62,846 nucleotides of DNA from Chiloscyllium plagiosum. Lineage: Eukaryota. Of this stretch, positions 62,525 to 62,846 are shown in pieces. How positions within the stretch are numbered: position 1 is the first letter of the stretch; every line of letters starts with the position of its first letter. The notes beneath the pieces are model-generated. The model did no database searches. It was not told the origin of the DNA and worked only from the letters and a program-made list of their open reading frames with translations. The position numbers and the translations under genes were made by a program. The stretch lies in NCBI RefSeq assembly GCF_004010195.1, contig NC_057719.1, forward strand, positions 8,178,190-8,241,035, written 5' to 3'.

Positions 62525-62846
62525 AGGCAAAAGTAAGGACTGCAGATGCTGGAGATTAGAGTCAAGATTCCTCGGATGCTACCTGACCTGCTGTGCTTTT
62601 CCAGCAACACGCTGTAGACTCTAATCTCCAGCATCTGCAGTCCTCACTTTTGCCTGACAGGATAGCAGCCTCAAGATTAGAGTGGTGCTGGAAAAGCACA
62701 GCAGGTCAGGAAGCATCCGAGGAGCAGGAGAATCGACGTTTCAGGCAAAAGCCCTTCAGCAAGAATAGGGCTGTCCTCGGATGCTGCCTGACCTGCTGTG
62801 CTTTTCCAGCACCACACTCTCGACTCTGATCTCCAGCATCTGCAGT
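62525..62846. mobile_element. Two palindromic Penelope family B short elements
   Basis: 62525-62657 (aggcaaaagtaaggactgcagatgctggagattagagtc / gactctaatctccagcatctgcagtcctcacttttgcct) and 62672 to the window end. Confidence 0.8.

Overview
Repeat-dominated vertebrate genomic DNA with four assembly gaps and no complete protein-coding gene. The HE1-type SINEs, HER1/CR1 LINEs and DeuSINE-like SINEs point to a shark or other cartilaginous fish (inference). The window holds many CR1 LINE fragments (one retains ORF1 esterase, APE and RT), a second CR1/L2-group LINE family, Rex1/Babar and L2 fragments, and tRNA-derived SINEs. It also has Penelope-like elements: two GIY-YIG remnants and about 20 short, often palindromic termini carrying minimal hammerhead-ribozyme cores. 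A Gmr1-type (integrase before RT) Gypsy relic is split by a Tc1/mariner-pogo-like MITE whose interior has expanded into a 1.4 kb GGAAAA satellite. A few possible host exons lie at the very start. Most striking: (1) a CR1 copy with two dense clusters of strand-specific A-to-G changes on the LINE sense strand, as expected if an ADAR hyper-edited RNA was retrotransposed; (2) the hammerhead-bearing palindromic mini-elements with target-site duplications; (3) the satellite born inside a MITE; (4) a perfect 173 bp inverted duplication at the 5' junction of a CR1 insertion. Repeat family names come from recognition, not database search. Boundaries are approximate unless junctions are quoted.
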